Source: Macrostomum hystrix (lineage: Eukaryota; Animalia; Platyhelminthes). From it: 64,000 bases of DNA. A program made the translations under genes and the position numbers. The notes beneath the pieces were generated by a model. That model was not told the DNA's origin, ran no database searches, and worked only from the letters and a program-made list of their open reading frames with translations. Shown piece after piece: positions 12,001 through 27,000 of this stretch (the stretch's first letter is position 1; each line of letters begins with the position of its first letter). The stretch is taken from NCBI GenBank assembly GCA_950097015.1, contig CATNEN010000041.1, positions 2,728,001 to 2,792,000 on the forward strand. The letters are read 5' to 3'.

Positions 12001-15000
12001 ATACATTCAGCCAGCTGTTATTCTCAGAATACATTCAGCCAGCTGTTATACTCAGAATGCATTCAGCCAGCTGTTATACTCAGAATGCATTCAGCCAGCT
12101 GTTATCCTCAGAATACATTCAGCCAGCTGTTATTCTCAGAATGCATTCAGCCAGCTGATTATCATCAGAATACATTCAGCCAGCTGTTATCCTCAGAATA
12201 CATTCAGCCAGCTGTTATACTCAGAATGCATTCAGCCAGCTGTTATACTCAGAATACATTCAGCCAGCTGTTATACTCAGAATGCATTCAGCCAGCTGTT
12301 ATCCTCAGAATGCATTCAGCCAGCTGTTATACTCAGAATGCATTCAGCCAGCTGTTATCCTCAGAATACATTCAGCCAGCTGTTATACTCAGAATGCATT
12401 CAGCCAGCTGTTTTCCTCAGAATACATTCAGCCAGCTGTTATTCTCAGATTACATTCAGCCAGCTGTTATTCTCAGAATGCATTCAGCCAGCTGTTATAC
12501 TCAGAATGCATTCAGGCAGCTGTTTTCCTCAGAATGCATTCAGCCAGCTGTTATCCTCAGAATACTTTCAGCCAGCTGTTATACTCAGAATACATTCAGC
12601 CAGCTGTTATACTCAGAATACATTCAGCCAGCTGTTATACTCAGAATGCATTCAGCCAGCTGTTATACTCAGAATGCATTCAGCCAGCTGTTATACTCAG
12701 AATGCATTCAGCCAGCTGTTATACTCAGAATACATTCAGCCAGCTGTTATACTCAGAATGCATTCAGCCAGCTGTTTTCCTCAGAATACATTCAGCCAGC
12801 TGTTATACTCAGAATGCATTCAGCCAGCTGTTATTCTCAGAATACATTCAGCCAGCTGTTATACTCAGAATGCATTCAGCCAGCTGTTATCCTCAGAATA
12901 CATTCAGCCAGCTGTTATCATCAGAATACATTCAGCCAGCTGTTATCCTCAGAATGCATTCAGCTAGCTGTAATACTCAGAATGCATTCAGCCAGCTGTT
13001 ATCACCAGAATGCATTCAGCCAGCTGTTATACTCAGAATGCATTCAGCCAGCTGTTATACTCAGAATGCATTCAGCCAGCTGTTATCCTCAGAATACATT
13101 CAGCCAGCTGTTATCCTCAGAATGCATTCAGCCAGCTGTTATACTCAGAATGCATTCAGCCAGCTGTTATACTCAGAATGCATTCAGCCAGCTGTTATAC
13201 TCAGAATGCATTCAGCCAGCTGTTATACTCAGAATGCATTCAGCCAGCTGTTATCCTCAGAATACATTCAGCCAGCTGTTATACTCAGAATACATTCAGC
13301 CAGCTGTTATTCTCAGAATACATTCAGCCAGCTGTTATCCTCAGAATGCATTCAGCCAGCTGTTATACTCAGAATGCATTCAGCCAGCTGTTATCATCAG
13401 AATACATTCAGCCAGCTGTTATTCTCAGAATACATTCAGCCAGCTGTTATACTCAGAATGCATTCAGCCAGCTGTTTTCCTCAGAATACATTCAGCCAGC
13501 TGTTATTCTCAGAATACATTCAGCCAGCTGTTATACTCAGAATGCATTCAGCCAGCTGTTATCCTCAGAATACATTCAGCCAGCTGTTATACTCAGAATG
13601 CATTCACCCAGCTGTTATACTCAGAATGCATTCAGCCAGCTGTTATCATCAGAATACATTCAGCCAGCTGTTATTCTCAGAATACATTCAGCCAGCTGTT
13701 ATTCTCAGAATGCATTCAGCCAGCTGTTTTCCTCAGAATACATTCAGCCAGCTGTTATTCTCAGAATACATTCAGCCAGCTGTTATACTCAGAATGCATT
13801 CAGGCAGCTGTTTTCCTCAGAATGCATTCAGCCAGCTGTTATCCTCAGAATACATTCAGCCAGCTGTTATACTCAGAATACATTCAGCCAGCTGTTATAC
13901 TCAGAATGCATTCAGGCAGCTGTTATACTCAGAATGCATTCAGCCAGCTGTTATCCTCAGAATACATTCAGCCAGCTGTTATTCTCAGAATGCATTCAGC
14001 CAGCTGATTATCATCAGAATACATTCAGCCAGCTGTTATCCTCAGAATACATTCAGCCAGCTGTTATACTCAGAATGCATTCAGCCAGCTGTTATACTCA
14101 GAATGCATTCAGCCAGCTGTTATCCTCAGAATACATTCAGCCAGCTGTTATACTCAGAATGCATTCAGCCAGCTGTTTTCCTCAGAATACATTCAGCCAG
14201 CTGTTATTCTCAGAATACATTCAGCCAGCTGTTATACTCAGAATGCATTCAGCCAGCTGTTATACTCAGAATGCATTCAGGCAGCTGTTTTCCTCAGAAT
14301 GCATTCAGCCAGCTGTTATCCTCAGAATACTTTCAGCCAGCTGTTATACTCAGAATACATTCAGCCAGCTGTTATACTCAGAATACATTCAGCCAGCTGT
14401 TATACTCAGAATGCATTCAGCCAGCTGTTATACTCAGAATGCATTCAGCCAGCTGTTATACTCAGAATGCATTCAGTTAGCTGTTATACTCAGAATACAT
14501 TCAGCCAGCTGTTATACTCAGAATGCATTCAGCCAGCTGTTTTCCTCAGAATACATTCAGCCAGCTGTTATACTCAGAATGCATTCAGCCAGCTGTTATT
14601 CTCAGAATACATTCAGCCAGCTGTTATACTCAGAATGCATTCAGCCAGCTGTTATCCTCAGAATACATTCAGCCAGCTGTTATCATCAGAATACATTCAG
14701 CCAGCTGTTATCCTCAGAATGCATTCAGCTAGCTGTAATACTCAGAATGCATTCAGCCAGCTGTTATCACCAGAATGCATTCAGCCAGCTGTTATACTCA
14801 GAATGCATTCAGCCAGCTGTTATACTCAGAATGCATTCAGCCAGCTGTTATACTCAGAATGCATTCAGCCAGCTGTTATCATCAGAATGCATTCAGCCAG
14901 CTGTTATCCTCAGAATACATTCAGCCAGCTGTTATCCTCAGAATACATTCAGCCAGCTGTTATTCTCAGAATGCATTCAGCCAGCTGTTATACTCAGAAT

Positions 15001-16318
15001 GCATTCAGGCAGCTGTTATCACCAGAATGCATTCAGCCAGCTGTTATCACCAGAATGCATTCAGCCAGCTGTTATTCTCAGAATACATTCAGCCAGCTGT
15101 TATTCTCAGAATACATTCAGCCAGCTGTTATTCTCAGAATACATTCAGCCAGCTGTTATTCTCAGAATACATTCAGCCAGCTGTTATTCTCAGAATGCAT
15201 TCAGCCAGCTGTTATACTCAGAATGCATTCAGCTAGCTGTTATCCTCAGAATGCATTCAGCCAGCTGTTATCATCAGAATACATTCAGCCAGCTGTTATA
15301 CTCAGAATGCATTCAGCCAGCTGTTATCCTCAGAATGCATTCAGCTAGCTGTTATACTCAGAATACATTCAGCCAGCTGTTATACTCAGAATGCATTCAG
15401 CCAGCTGTTATCCTCAGAATGCATTCAGCCAGCTGTTATACTCAGAATGCATTCAGCCAGCTGTTATCACCAGAATGCATTCAGCCAGCTGTTATCACCA
15501 GAATGCATTCAGCCAGCTGTTATTCTCAGAATGCATTCAGCCAGCTGTTATTCTCAGAATACATTCAGCCAGCTGTTATACTCAGAATGCATTCAGGCAG
15601 CTGTTATCACCAGAATGCATTCAGCCAGCTGTTATTCTCAGAATACATTCAGCCAGCTGTTATTCTCAGAATGCATTCAGCCAGCTGATTATCATCAGAA
15701 TACATTCAGCCAGCTGTTATACTCAGAATACATTCAGCCAGCTGTTATACTCAGAATGCATTCAGCCAGCTGTTATACTCAGAATGCATTCAGCCAGCTG
15801 TTATCCTCAGAATACATTCAGCCAGCTGTTATTCTCAGAATGCATTCAGCCAGCTGATTATCATCAGAATACATTCAGCCAGCTGTTATCCTCAGAATAC
15901 ATTCAGCCAGCTGTTATACTCAGAATGCATTCAGCCAGCTGTTATACTCAGAATGCATTCAGCCAGCTGTTATCCTCAGAATACATTCAGCCAGCTGTTA
16001 TACTCAGAATGCATTCAGCCAGCTGTTTTCCTCAGAAAACATTCAGCCAGCTGTTATACTCAGAATACATTCAGCCAGCTGTTATACTCAGAATGCATTC
16101 AGCCAGCTGTTATACTCAGAATGCATTCAGGCAGCTGTTTTCCTCAGAATGCATTCAGCCAGCTGTTATCCTCAGAATACTTTCAGCCAGCTGTTATACT
16201 CAGAATACATTCAGCCAGCTGTTATACTCAGAATACATTCAGCCAGCTGTTATACTCAGAATGCATTCAGCCAGCTGTTATACTCAGAATGCATTCAGCC
16301 AGCTGTTATACTCAGAAT
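4745..16318 (+). repeat. Near-tandem duplication at offset 6140-6141 bp (219 monomers): about 4745-10177 repeated at about 10885-16318
   Basis: Paired ORF boundaries at +6141: 6869..9547/13010..15688, 6197..6826/12338..12967, 8158..9207/14299..15348, 8634..9095/14775..15236, 9306..9716/15447..15857. The offset is 6140 upstream of a 1-bp insertion at about 11752 (GCATTTCAG). Confidence 0.9.
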
Positions 16319-19300
16319 ACATTCAGCCCAGCCAGCTGTTATCATCAGAATGCATTCAGCCAGCTGTTATCCTCAGAATACATTCAGCCAGCTGTTATCC
16401 TCAGAATACATTCAGCCAGCTGTTATTCTCAGAATGCATTCAGCCAGCTGTTATACTCAGAATGCATTCAGGCAGCTGTTATCACCAGAATGCATTCAGC
16501 CAGCTGTTATCACCAGAATGCATTCAGCCAGCTGTTATTCTCAGAATACATTCAGCCAGCTGTTATTCTCAGAATACATTCAGCCAGCTGTATTCTCAGA
16601 ATACATTCAGCCAGCTGTTATACTCAGAATACATTCAGCCAGCTGTTATTCTCAGAATACATTCAGCCAGCTGTTATCCTCAGAATGCATTCAGCCAGCT
16701 GTTATACTCAGAATGCATTCAGCCAGCTGTTATCATCAGAATACATTCAGCCAGCTGTTATTCTCAGAATACATTCAGCCAGCTGTTATACTCAGAATGC
16801 ATTCAGCCAGCTGTTTATCCTCAGAATACATTCAGCCAGCTGTTATTACTCAGAATACATTCAGCCAGCTGTTATACTCAGAATGCATTCAGCCAGCTGT
16901 TATCCTCAGAATGCATTCAGCCAGCTGTTATACTCAGAATGCATTCAGCCAGCTGTTATACTCAGAATGCATTCAGCCAGCTGTTATCATCAGAATACAT
17001 TCAGCCAGCTGTTATTCTCAGAATACATTCAGCCAGCTGTTATTCTCAGAATGCATTCAGCCAGCTGTTATCCTCAGAATACATTCAGCCAGCTGTTATT
17101 CTCAGAATACATTCAGCCAGCTGTTATACTCAGAATGCATTCAGGCAGCTGTTATTCCTCAGAATGCATTCAGCCAGCTGTTATCCTCAGAATACATTCA
17201 GCCAGCTGTTATACTCAGAATACATTCAGCCAGCTGTTATACTCAGAATGCATTCAGCCAGCTGTTATACTCAGAATGCATTCAGCCAGCTGTTATCCTC
17301 AGAATACATTCAGCCAGCTGTTATTCTCAGAATGCATTCAGCCAGCTGATTATCATCAGAATACATTCAGCCAGCTGTTATCCTCAGAATACATTCAGCC
17401 AGCTGTTATACTCAGAATGCATTCAGCCAGCTGTTATACTCAGAATGCATTCAGCCAGCTGTTATCCTCAGAATACATTCAGCCAGCTGTTATACTCAGA
17501 ATGCATTCAGCCAGCTGTTTTCCTCAGAATACATTCAGCCAGCTGTTATTCTCAGAATGCATTCAGCCAGCTGTTATACTCAGAATGCATTCAGCCAGCT
17601 GTTATACTCAGAATGCATTCAGGCAGCTGTTTTCCTCAGAATGCATTCAGCCAGCTGTTATCCTCAGAATACTTTCAGCCAGCTGTTATACTCAGAATAC
17701 ATTCAGCCAGCTGTTATACTCAGAATACATTCAGCCAGCTGTTATACTCAGAATGCATTCAGCCAGCTGTTATACTCAGAATGCATTCAGCCAGCTGTTA
17801 TACTCAGAATGCATTCAGTTAGCTGTTATACTCAGAATACATTCAGCCAGCTGTTATACTCAGAATGCATTCAGCCAGCTGTTTTCCTCAGAATACATTC
17901 AGCCAGCTGTTATACTCAGAATGCATTCAGCCAGCTGTTATTCTCAGAATACATTCAGCCAGCTGTTATACTCAGAATGCATTCAGCCAGCTGTTATCCT
18001 CAGAATACATTCAGCCAGCTGTTATCATCAGAATACATTCAGCCAGCTGTTATCCTCAGAATGCATTCAGCTAGCTGTAATACTCAGAATGCATTCAGCC
18101 AGCTGTTATCACCAGAATGCATTCAGCCTAGCTGTTATACTCAGAATGCATTCAGCCAGCTGTTATACTCAGAATGCATTCAGCCAGCTGTTATACTCAG
18201 AATACATTCAGCCAGCTGTTATCATCAGAATGCATTCAGCCAGCTGATTATCCTCAGAATACATTCAGCCAGCTGTTATCCTCAGAATACATTCAGCCAG
18301 CTGTTATTCTCAGAATGCATTCAGCCAGCTGTTATACTCAGAATGCATTCAGGCAGCTGTTATCACCAGAATGCATTCAGCCAGCTGTTATCACTCAGAA
18401 TGCATTCAGCCAGCTGTTATTCTCAGAATACATTCAGCCAGCTGTTATTCTCAGAATACATTCAGCCAGCTGTTATTACTCAGAATACATTCAGCCAGCT
18501 GTTATTCTCAGAATACATTCAGCCAGCTGTTATTACTCAGAATGCATTCAGCCAGCTGTTATACTCAGAATGCATTCAGCTAGCTGTTATCCTCAGAATG
18601 CATTCAGCCAGCTGTTATCATCAGAATACATTCAGCCAGCTGTTATACTCAGAATGCATTCAGCCAGCTGTTATCCTCAGAATGCATTCAGCTAGCTGTT
18701 ATACTCAGAATACATTCAGCCAGCTGTTATACTCAGAATGCATTCAGCCAGCTGTTATCCTCAGAATGCATTCAGCCAGCTGTTATACTCAGAATGCATT
18801 CAGCCAGCTGTTATCACCAGAATGCATTCAGCCAGCTGTTATCACCAGAATGCATTCAGCCAGCTGTTATTCTCAGAATGCATTCAGCCAGCTGTTATTC
18901 TCAGAATACATTCAGCCAGCTGTTATACTCAGAATGCATTCAGGCAGCTGTTATCACCAGAATGCATTCAGCCAGCTGTTATTCTCAGAATACATTCAGC
19001 CAGCTGTTATTCTCAGAATGCATTCAGCCAGCTGATTATCATCAGAATACATTCAGCCAGCTGTTATACTCAGAATACATTCAGCCAGCTGTTATACTCA
19101 GAATGCATTCAGCCAGCTGTTATACTCAGAATGCATTCAGCCAGCTGTTATCCTCAGAATACATTCAGCCAGCTGTTATTCTCAGAATGCATTCAGCCAG
19201 CTGATTATCATCAGAATACATTCAGCCAGCTGTTATCCTCAGAATACATTCAGCCAGCTGTTATACTCAGAATGCATTCAGCCAGCTGTTATACTCAGAA

Positions 19301-19950
19301 TGCATTCAGCCAGCTGTTATCCTCAGAATACATTCAGCCAGCTGTTATACTCAGAATGCATTCAGCCAGCTGTTTTCCTCAGAAAACATTCAGCCAGCTG
19401 TTATACTCAGAATACATTCAGCCAGCTGTTATACTCAGAATGCATTCAGCCAGCTGTTATACTCAGAATGCATTCAGGCAGCTGTTTTCCTCAGAATGCA
19501 TTCAGCCAGCTGTTATCCTCAGAATACTTTCAGCCAGCTGTTATACTCAGAATACATTCAGCCAGCTGTTATACTCAGAATACATTCAGCCAGCTGTTAT
19601 ACTCAGAATGCATTCAGCCAGCTGTTATACTCAGAATGCATTCAGCCAGCTGTTATACTCAGAATACATTCAGCCAGCTGTTATCATCAGAATGCATTCA
19701 GCCAGCTGTTATCCTCAGAATACATTCAGCCAGCTGTTATCCTCAGAATACATTCAGCCAGCTGTTATTCTCAGAATGCATTCAGCCAGCTGTTATACTC
19801 AGAATGCATTCAGGCAGCTGTTATCACCAGAATGCATTCAGCCAGCTGTTATCACCAGAATGCATTCAGCCAGCTGTTATTCTCAGAATACATTCAGCCA
19901 GCTGTTATTCTCAGAATACATTCAGCCAGCTGTTATTCTCAGAATACATT
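13260..19950 (+). repeat. Tandem duplication of about 3.34 kb (offset 3341-3347): about 13260-16600 and about 16605-19950
   Basis: Markers map 14007->17349, 14480->17822 (rare CAGTTAG), 14732->18074, 15236->18583, 15348->18695, 15688->19035 and 15857->19204. The offset drifts because of small insertions in the second copy. Confidence 0.85.
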
Positions 19951-21000
19951 CAGCCAGCTGTTATTCTCAGAATACATTCAGCCAGCTGTTATTCTCAGAA
20001 TGCATTCAGCCAGCTGTTATACTCAGAATGCATTCAGCTAGCTGTTATCCTCAGAATGCATTCAGCCAGCTGTTATCATCAGAATACATTCAGCCAGCTG
20101 TTATACTCAGAATGCATTCAGCCAGCTGTTATCCTCAGAATGCATTCAGCCAGCTGTTATACTCAGAATACATTCAGCCAGCTGTTATACTCAGAATGCA
20201 TTCAGCCAGCTGTTATCCTCAGAATGCATTCAGCCAGCTGTTATACTCAGAATGCATTCAGCCAGCTGTTATCACCAGAATGCATTCAGCCAGCTGTTAT
20301 CACCAGAATGCATTCAGCCAGCTGTTATTCTCAGAATGCATTCAGCCAGCTGTTATTCTCAGAATACATTCAGCCAGCTGTTATACTCAGAATGCATTCA
20401 GGCAGCTGTTATCACCAGAATGCATTCAGCCAGCTGTTATTCTCAGAATACATTCAGCCAGCTGTTATTCTCAGAATGCATTCAGCCAGCTGATTATCAT
20501 CAGAATACATTCAGCCAGCTGTTATACTCAGAATACATTCAGCCAGCTGTTATACTCAGAATGCATTCAGCCAGCTGTTATACTCAGAATGCATTCAGCC
20601 AGCTGTTATCCTCAGAATACATTCAGCCAGCTGTTATTCTCAGAATGCATTCAGCCAGCTGATTATCATCAGAATACATTCAGCCAGCTGTTATCCTCAG
20701 AATACATTCAGCCAGCTGTTATACTCAGAATGCATTCAGCCAGCTGTTTATACTCAGAATGCATTCAGCCAGCTGTTATCCTCAGAATACATTCAGCCAG
20801 CTGTTATACTCAGAATGCATTCAGCCAGCTGTTTTCCTCAGAAAACATTCAGCCAGCTGTTATTCTCAGAATGCATTCAGCCAGCTGTTATACTCAGAAT
20901 GCATTCAGCCAGCTGTTATACTCAGAATGCATTCAGGCAGCTGTTTTCCTCAGAATGCATTCAGCCAGCTGTTATCCTCAGAATACTTTCAGCCAGCTGT
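18540..21000 (+). repeat. Tandem duplication of about 1458 bp (52 monomers)
   Basis: 18583->20041, 19035->20493 and 19204->20662 are all +1458 (52x28+2). The GAAAAC marker occurs in both copies (about 19385 and 20844). Confidence 0.75.
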
Positions 21001-24000
21001 TATACTCAGAATACATTCAGCCAGCTGTTATCATCAGAATACATTCAGCCAGCTGTTATACTCAGAATGCATTCAGCCAGCTGTTATACTCAGAATGCAT
21101 TCAGCCAGCTGTTATACTCAGAATGCATTCAGCCAGCTGTTATACTCAGAATACATTCAGCCAGCTGTTATACTCAGAATGCATTCAGCCAGCTGTTTCC
21201 TCAGAATACATTCAGCCAGCTGTTTATACTCAGAATGCATTCAGCCAGCTGTTATTCTCAGAATACATTCAGCCAGCTGTTATACTCAGAATGCATTCAG
21301 CCAGCTGTTATCCTCAGAATACATTCAGCCAGCTGTTATCATCAGAATACATTCAGCCAGCTGTTATCCTCAGAATGCATTCAGCTAGCTGTAATACTCA
21401 GAATGCATTCAGCCAGCTGTTATCACCAGAATGCATTCAGTTAGCTGTTATACTCAGAATGCATTCAGCCAGCTGTTATACTCAGAATGCATTCAGCCAG
21501 CTGTTATCCTCAGAATACATTCAGCCAGCTGTTATTCTCAGAATGCATTCAGCCAGCTGATTATCATCAGAATATATTCAGCCAGCTGTTATCCTCAGAA
21601 TACATTCAGCCAGCTGTTATACTCAGAATGCATTCAGCCAGCTGTTATACTCAGAATGCATTCAGCCAGCTGTTATCCTCAGAATACATTCAGCCAGCTG
21701 TTATACTCAGAATGCATTCAGCCAGCTGTTTTCCTCAGAATACATTCAGCCAGCTGTTATTCTCAGAATACATTCAGCCAGCTGTTATACTCAGAATGCA
21801 TTCAGCCAGCTGTTATACTCAGAATGCATTCAGCCAGCTGTTATACTCAGAATGCATTCAGCCAGCTGTTATACTCAGAATGCATTCAGCCAGCTGTTAT
21901 CCTCAGAATACTTTCAGCCAGCTGTTATCATCAGAATACATTCAGCCAGCTGTTATTCTCAGAATACATTCAGCCAGCTGTTATACTCAGAATGCATTCA
22001 GCCAGCTGTTTTCCTCAGAATACATTCAGCCAGCTGTTATTCTCAGAATACATTCAGCAGCTGTTATACTCAGAATACATTCAGCCAGCTGTTATACTCA
22101 GAATGCATTCAGCCAGCTGTTATCCTCAGAATACATTCAGCCAGCTGTTATACTCAGAATGCATTCACCCAGCTGTTATACTCAGAATGCATTCAGCCAG
22201 CTGTTATCATCAGAATACATTCAGCCAGCTGTTATTCTCAGAATACATTCAGCCAGCTGTTATACTCAGAATGCATTCAGCCAGCTGTTATCCTCAGAAT
22301 ACATTCAGCCAGCTGCTATACTCAGAATACATTCAGCCAGCTGTTATACTCAGAATGCATTCAGCCAGCTGCTATACTCAGAATGCATTCAGCCAGCTGT
22401 TATCCTCAGAATACATTCAGCCAGCTGTTATTCTCTGAATGCATTCAGCCAGCTGATTATCATCAGAATACATTCAGCCAGCTGTTATCCTCAGAATACA
22501 TTCAGCCAGCTGTTATACTCAGAATGCATTCAGCCAGCTGTTATACTCAGAATGCATTCAGCCAGCTGTTATCCTCAGAATACATTCAGCCAGCTGTTAT
22601 ACTCAGAATGCATTCAGCCAGCTGTTTTCCTCAGAATACATTCAGCCAGCTGTTATTCTCAGAATACATTCAGCCAGCTGTTATACTCAGAATGCATTCA
22701 GCCAGCTGCTATACTCAGAATGCATTCAGGCAGCTGTTTTCCTCAGAATGCATTCAGCCAGCTGTTATCCTCAGAATACTTTCAGCCAGCTGTAATACTC
22801 AGAATACATTCAGCCAGCTGTTATACTCAGAATACATTCAGCCAGCTGTTATACTCAGAATGCATTCAGCCAGCTGTTATACTCAGAATGCATTCAGCCA
22901 GCTGTTATACTCAGAATGCATTCAGCCAGCTGTTATACTCAGAATACATTCAGCCAGCTGTTATACTCAGAATGCATTCAGCCAGCTGTTTTCCTCAGAA
23001 TACATTCAGCCAGCTGTTATACTCAGAATGCATTCAGCCAGCTGTTATTCTCAGAATACATTCAGCCAGCTGTTATACTCAGAATGCATTCAGCCAGCTG
23101 TTATCCTCAGAATACATTCAGCCAGCTGTTATCATCAGAATACATTCAGCCAGCTGTTATCCTCAGAATGCATTCAGCTAGCTGTAATACTCAGAATGCA
23201 TTCAGCCAGCTGTTATCACCAGAATGCATTCAGCCAGCTGTTATACTCAGAATGCATTCAGCCAGCTGTTATACTCAGAATGCATTCAGCCAGCTGTTAT
23301 CCTCAGAATACATTCAGCCAGCTGTTATCCTCAGAATGCATTCAGCCAGCTGTTATACTCAGAATGCATTCAGCCAGCTGTTATACTCAGAATGCATTCA
23401 GCCAGCTGTTATACTCAGAATGCATTCAGCCAGCTGTTATACTCAGAATGCATTCAGCCAGCTGTTATCCTCAGAATACATTCAGCCAGCTGTTATACTC
23501 AGAATACATTCAGCCAGCTGTTATTCTCAGAATACATTCAGCCAGCTGTTATCCTCAGAATGCATTCAGCCAGCTGTTATACTCAGAATGCATTCAGCCA
23601 GCTGTTATCATCAGAATACATTCAGCCAGCTGTTATTCTCAGAATACATTCAGCCAGCTGTTATACTCAGAATGCATTCAGCCAGCTGTTTTCCTCAGAA
23701 TACATTCAGCCAGCTGTTATTCTCAGAATACATTCAGCCAGCTGTTATACTCAGAATGCATTCAGCCAGCTGTTATCCTCAGAATACATTCAGCCAGCTG
23801 TTATACTCAGAATGCATTCACCCAGCTGTTATACTCAGAATGCATTCAGCCAGCTGTTATCATCAGAATACATTCAGCCAGCTGTTATTCTCAGAATACA
23901 TTCAGCCAGCTGTTATACTCAGAATGCATTCAGCCAGATGTTTTCCTCAGAATACATTCAGCCAGCTGTTATTCTCAGAATACATTCAGCCAGCTGTTAT

Positions 24001-27000
24001 ACTCAGAATGCATTCAGGCAGCTGTTTTCCTCAGAATGCATTCAGCCAGCTGTTATCCTCAGAATACATTCAGCCAGCTGTTATACTCAGAATACATTCA
24101 GCCAGCTGTTATACTCAGAATGCATTCAGCCAGCTGTTATCATCAGAATGCATTCAGCCAGCTGTTATCCTCAGAATACATTCAGCCAGCTGTTATTCTC
24201 TGAATGCATTCAGCCAGCTGATTATCATCAGAATACATTCAGCCAGCTGTTATCCTCAGAATACATTCAGCCAGCTGTTATACTCAGAATGCATTCAGCC
24301 AGCTGTTATACTCAGAATGCATTCAGCCAGCTGTTATCCTCAGAATACATTCAGCCAGCTGTTATACTCAGAATGCATTCAGCCAGCTGTTTTCCTCAGA
24401 ATACATTCAGCCAGCTGTTATTCTCAGAATACATTCAGCCAGCTGTTATACTCAGAATGCATTCAGCCAGCTGCTATACTCAGAATGCATTCAGGCAGCT
24501 GTTTTCCTCAGAATGCATTCAGCCAGCTGTTATCCTCAGAATACTTTCAGCCAGCTGTTATACTCAGAATACATTCAGCCAGCTGTTATACTCAGAATAC
24601 ATTCAGCCAGCTGTTATACTCAGAATGCATTCAGCCAGCTGTTATACTCAGAATGCATTCAGCCAGCTGTTATCCTCAGAATACATTCAGCCAGCTGTTA
24701 TACTCAGAATGCATTCAGCCAGCTTTTTTCCTCAGAATACATTCAGCCAGCTGTTATTCTCAGAATACATTCAGCCAGCTGTTATACTCAGAATGCATTC
24801 AGCCAGCTGTTATACTCAGAATGCATTCAGCCAGCTGTTATACTCAGAATACATTCAGCCAGCTGTTATACTCAGAATACATTCAGCCAGCTGTAATACT
24901 CAGAATGCATTCAGCCAGCTGTTATACTCAGAATGCATTCAGCCAGCTGTTATCCTCAGAATACATTCAGCCAGCTGTTATTCTCTGAATGCATTCAGCC
25001 AGCTGATTATCATCAGAATACATTCAGCCAGCTGTTATCCTCAGAATACATTCAGCCAGCTGTTATACTCAGAATGCATTCAGCCAGCTGTTATACTCAG
25101 AATGCATTCAGCCAGCTGTTATCCTCAGAATACATTCAGCCAGCTGTTATACTCAGAATGCATTCAGCCAGCTGTTTTCCTCAGAATACATTCAGCCAGC
25201 TGTTATTCTCAGAATACATTCAGCCAGCTGTTATACTCAGAATGCATTCAGCCAGCTGCTATACTCAGAATGCATTCAGGCAGCTGTTTTCCTCAGAATG
25301 CATTCAGCCAGCTGTTATCCTCAGAATACTTTCAGCCAGCTGTTATACTCAGAATACATTCAGCCAGCTGTTATACTCAGAATACATTCAGCCAGCTGTT
25401 ATACTCAGAATGCATTCAGCCAGCTGTTATACTCAGAATGCATTCAGCCAGCTGTTATACTCAGAATGCATTCAGCCAGCTGTTATACTCAGAATACATT
25501 CAGCCAGCTGTTATACTCAGAATACATTCAGCCAGCTGTTATACTCAGAATGCATTCAGCCAGCTGTTATACTCAGAATGCATTCAGCCAGCTGTTATAC
25601 TCAGAATGCATTCAGCCAGCTGTTATACTCAGAATACATTCAGCCAGCTGTTATACTCAGAATGCATTCAGCCAGCTGTTTTCCTCAGAATACATTCAGC
25701 CAGCTGTTATACTCAGAATGCATTCAGCCAGCTGTTATTCTCAGAATGCATTCAGCCAGCTGTTATACTCAGAATGCATTCAGCCAGCTGTTATCCTCAG
25801 AATACATTCAGCCAGCTGTTATCATCAGAATACATTCAGCCAGCTGTTATCCTCAGAATGCATTCAGCTAGCTGTAATACTCAGAATGCATTCAGCCAGC
25901 TGTTATCACCAGAATGCATTCAGCCAGCTGTTATACTCAGAATGCATTCAGCCAGCTGTTATACTCAGAATGCATTCAGCCAGCTGTTATCCTCAGAATA
26001 CATTCAGCCAGCTGTTATTCTCAGAATGCATTCAGCCAGCTGATTATCATCAGAATACATTCAGCCAGCTGTTATCCTCAGAATACATTCAGCCAGCTGT
26101 TATACTCAGAATGCATTCAGCCAGCTGTTATACTCAGAATGCATTCAGCCAGCTGTTATCCTCAGAATACATTCAGCCAGCTGTTATACTCAGAATGCAT
26201 TCAGCCAGCTGTTTTCCTCAGAATACATTCAGCCAGCTGTTATTCTCAGAATACATTCAGCCAGCTGTTATACTCAGAATGCATTCAGCCAGCTGTTATA
26301 CTCAGAATGCATTCAGCCAGCTGTTATACTCAGAATGCATTCAGCCAGCTGTTATACTCAGAATGCATTCAGCCAGCTGTTATCCTCAGAATACTTTCAG
26401 CCAGCTGTTATCATCAGAATACATTCAGCCAGCTGTTATTCTCAGAATACATTCAGCCAGCTGTTATACTCAGAATGCATTCAGCCAGCTGTTTTCCTCA
26501 GAATACATTCAGCCAGCTGTTATTCTCAGAATACATTCAGCCAGCTGTTATACTCAGAATACATTCAGCCAGCTGTTATACTCAGAATGCATTCAGCCAG
26601 CTGTTATCCTCAGAATGCATTCAGCCAGCTGTTATACTCAGAATGCATTCAGCCAGCTGTTATCACCAGAATGCATTCAGCCAGCTGTTATCACCAGAAT
26701 GCATTCAGCCAGCTGTTATTCTCAGAATGCATTCAGCCAGCTGTTATTCTCAGAATACATTCAGCCAGCTGTTATACTCAGAATGCATTCAGGCAGCTGT
26801 TATCACCAGAATGCATTCAGCCAGCTGTTATTCTCAGAATACATTCAGCCAGCTGTTATTCTCAGAATGCATTCAGCCAGCTGATTATCATCAGAATACA
26901 TTCAGCCAGCTGTTATACTCAGAATACATTCAGCCAGCTGTTATACTCAGAATGCATTCAGCCAGCTGTTATACTCAGAATGCATTCAGCCAGCTGTTAT

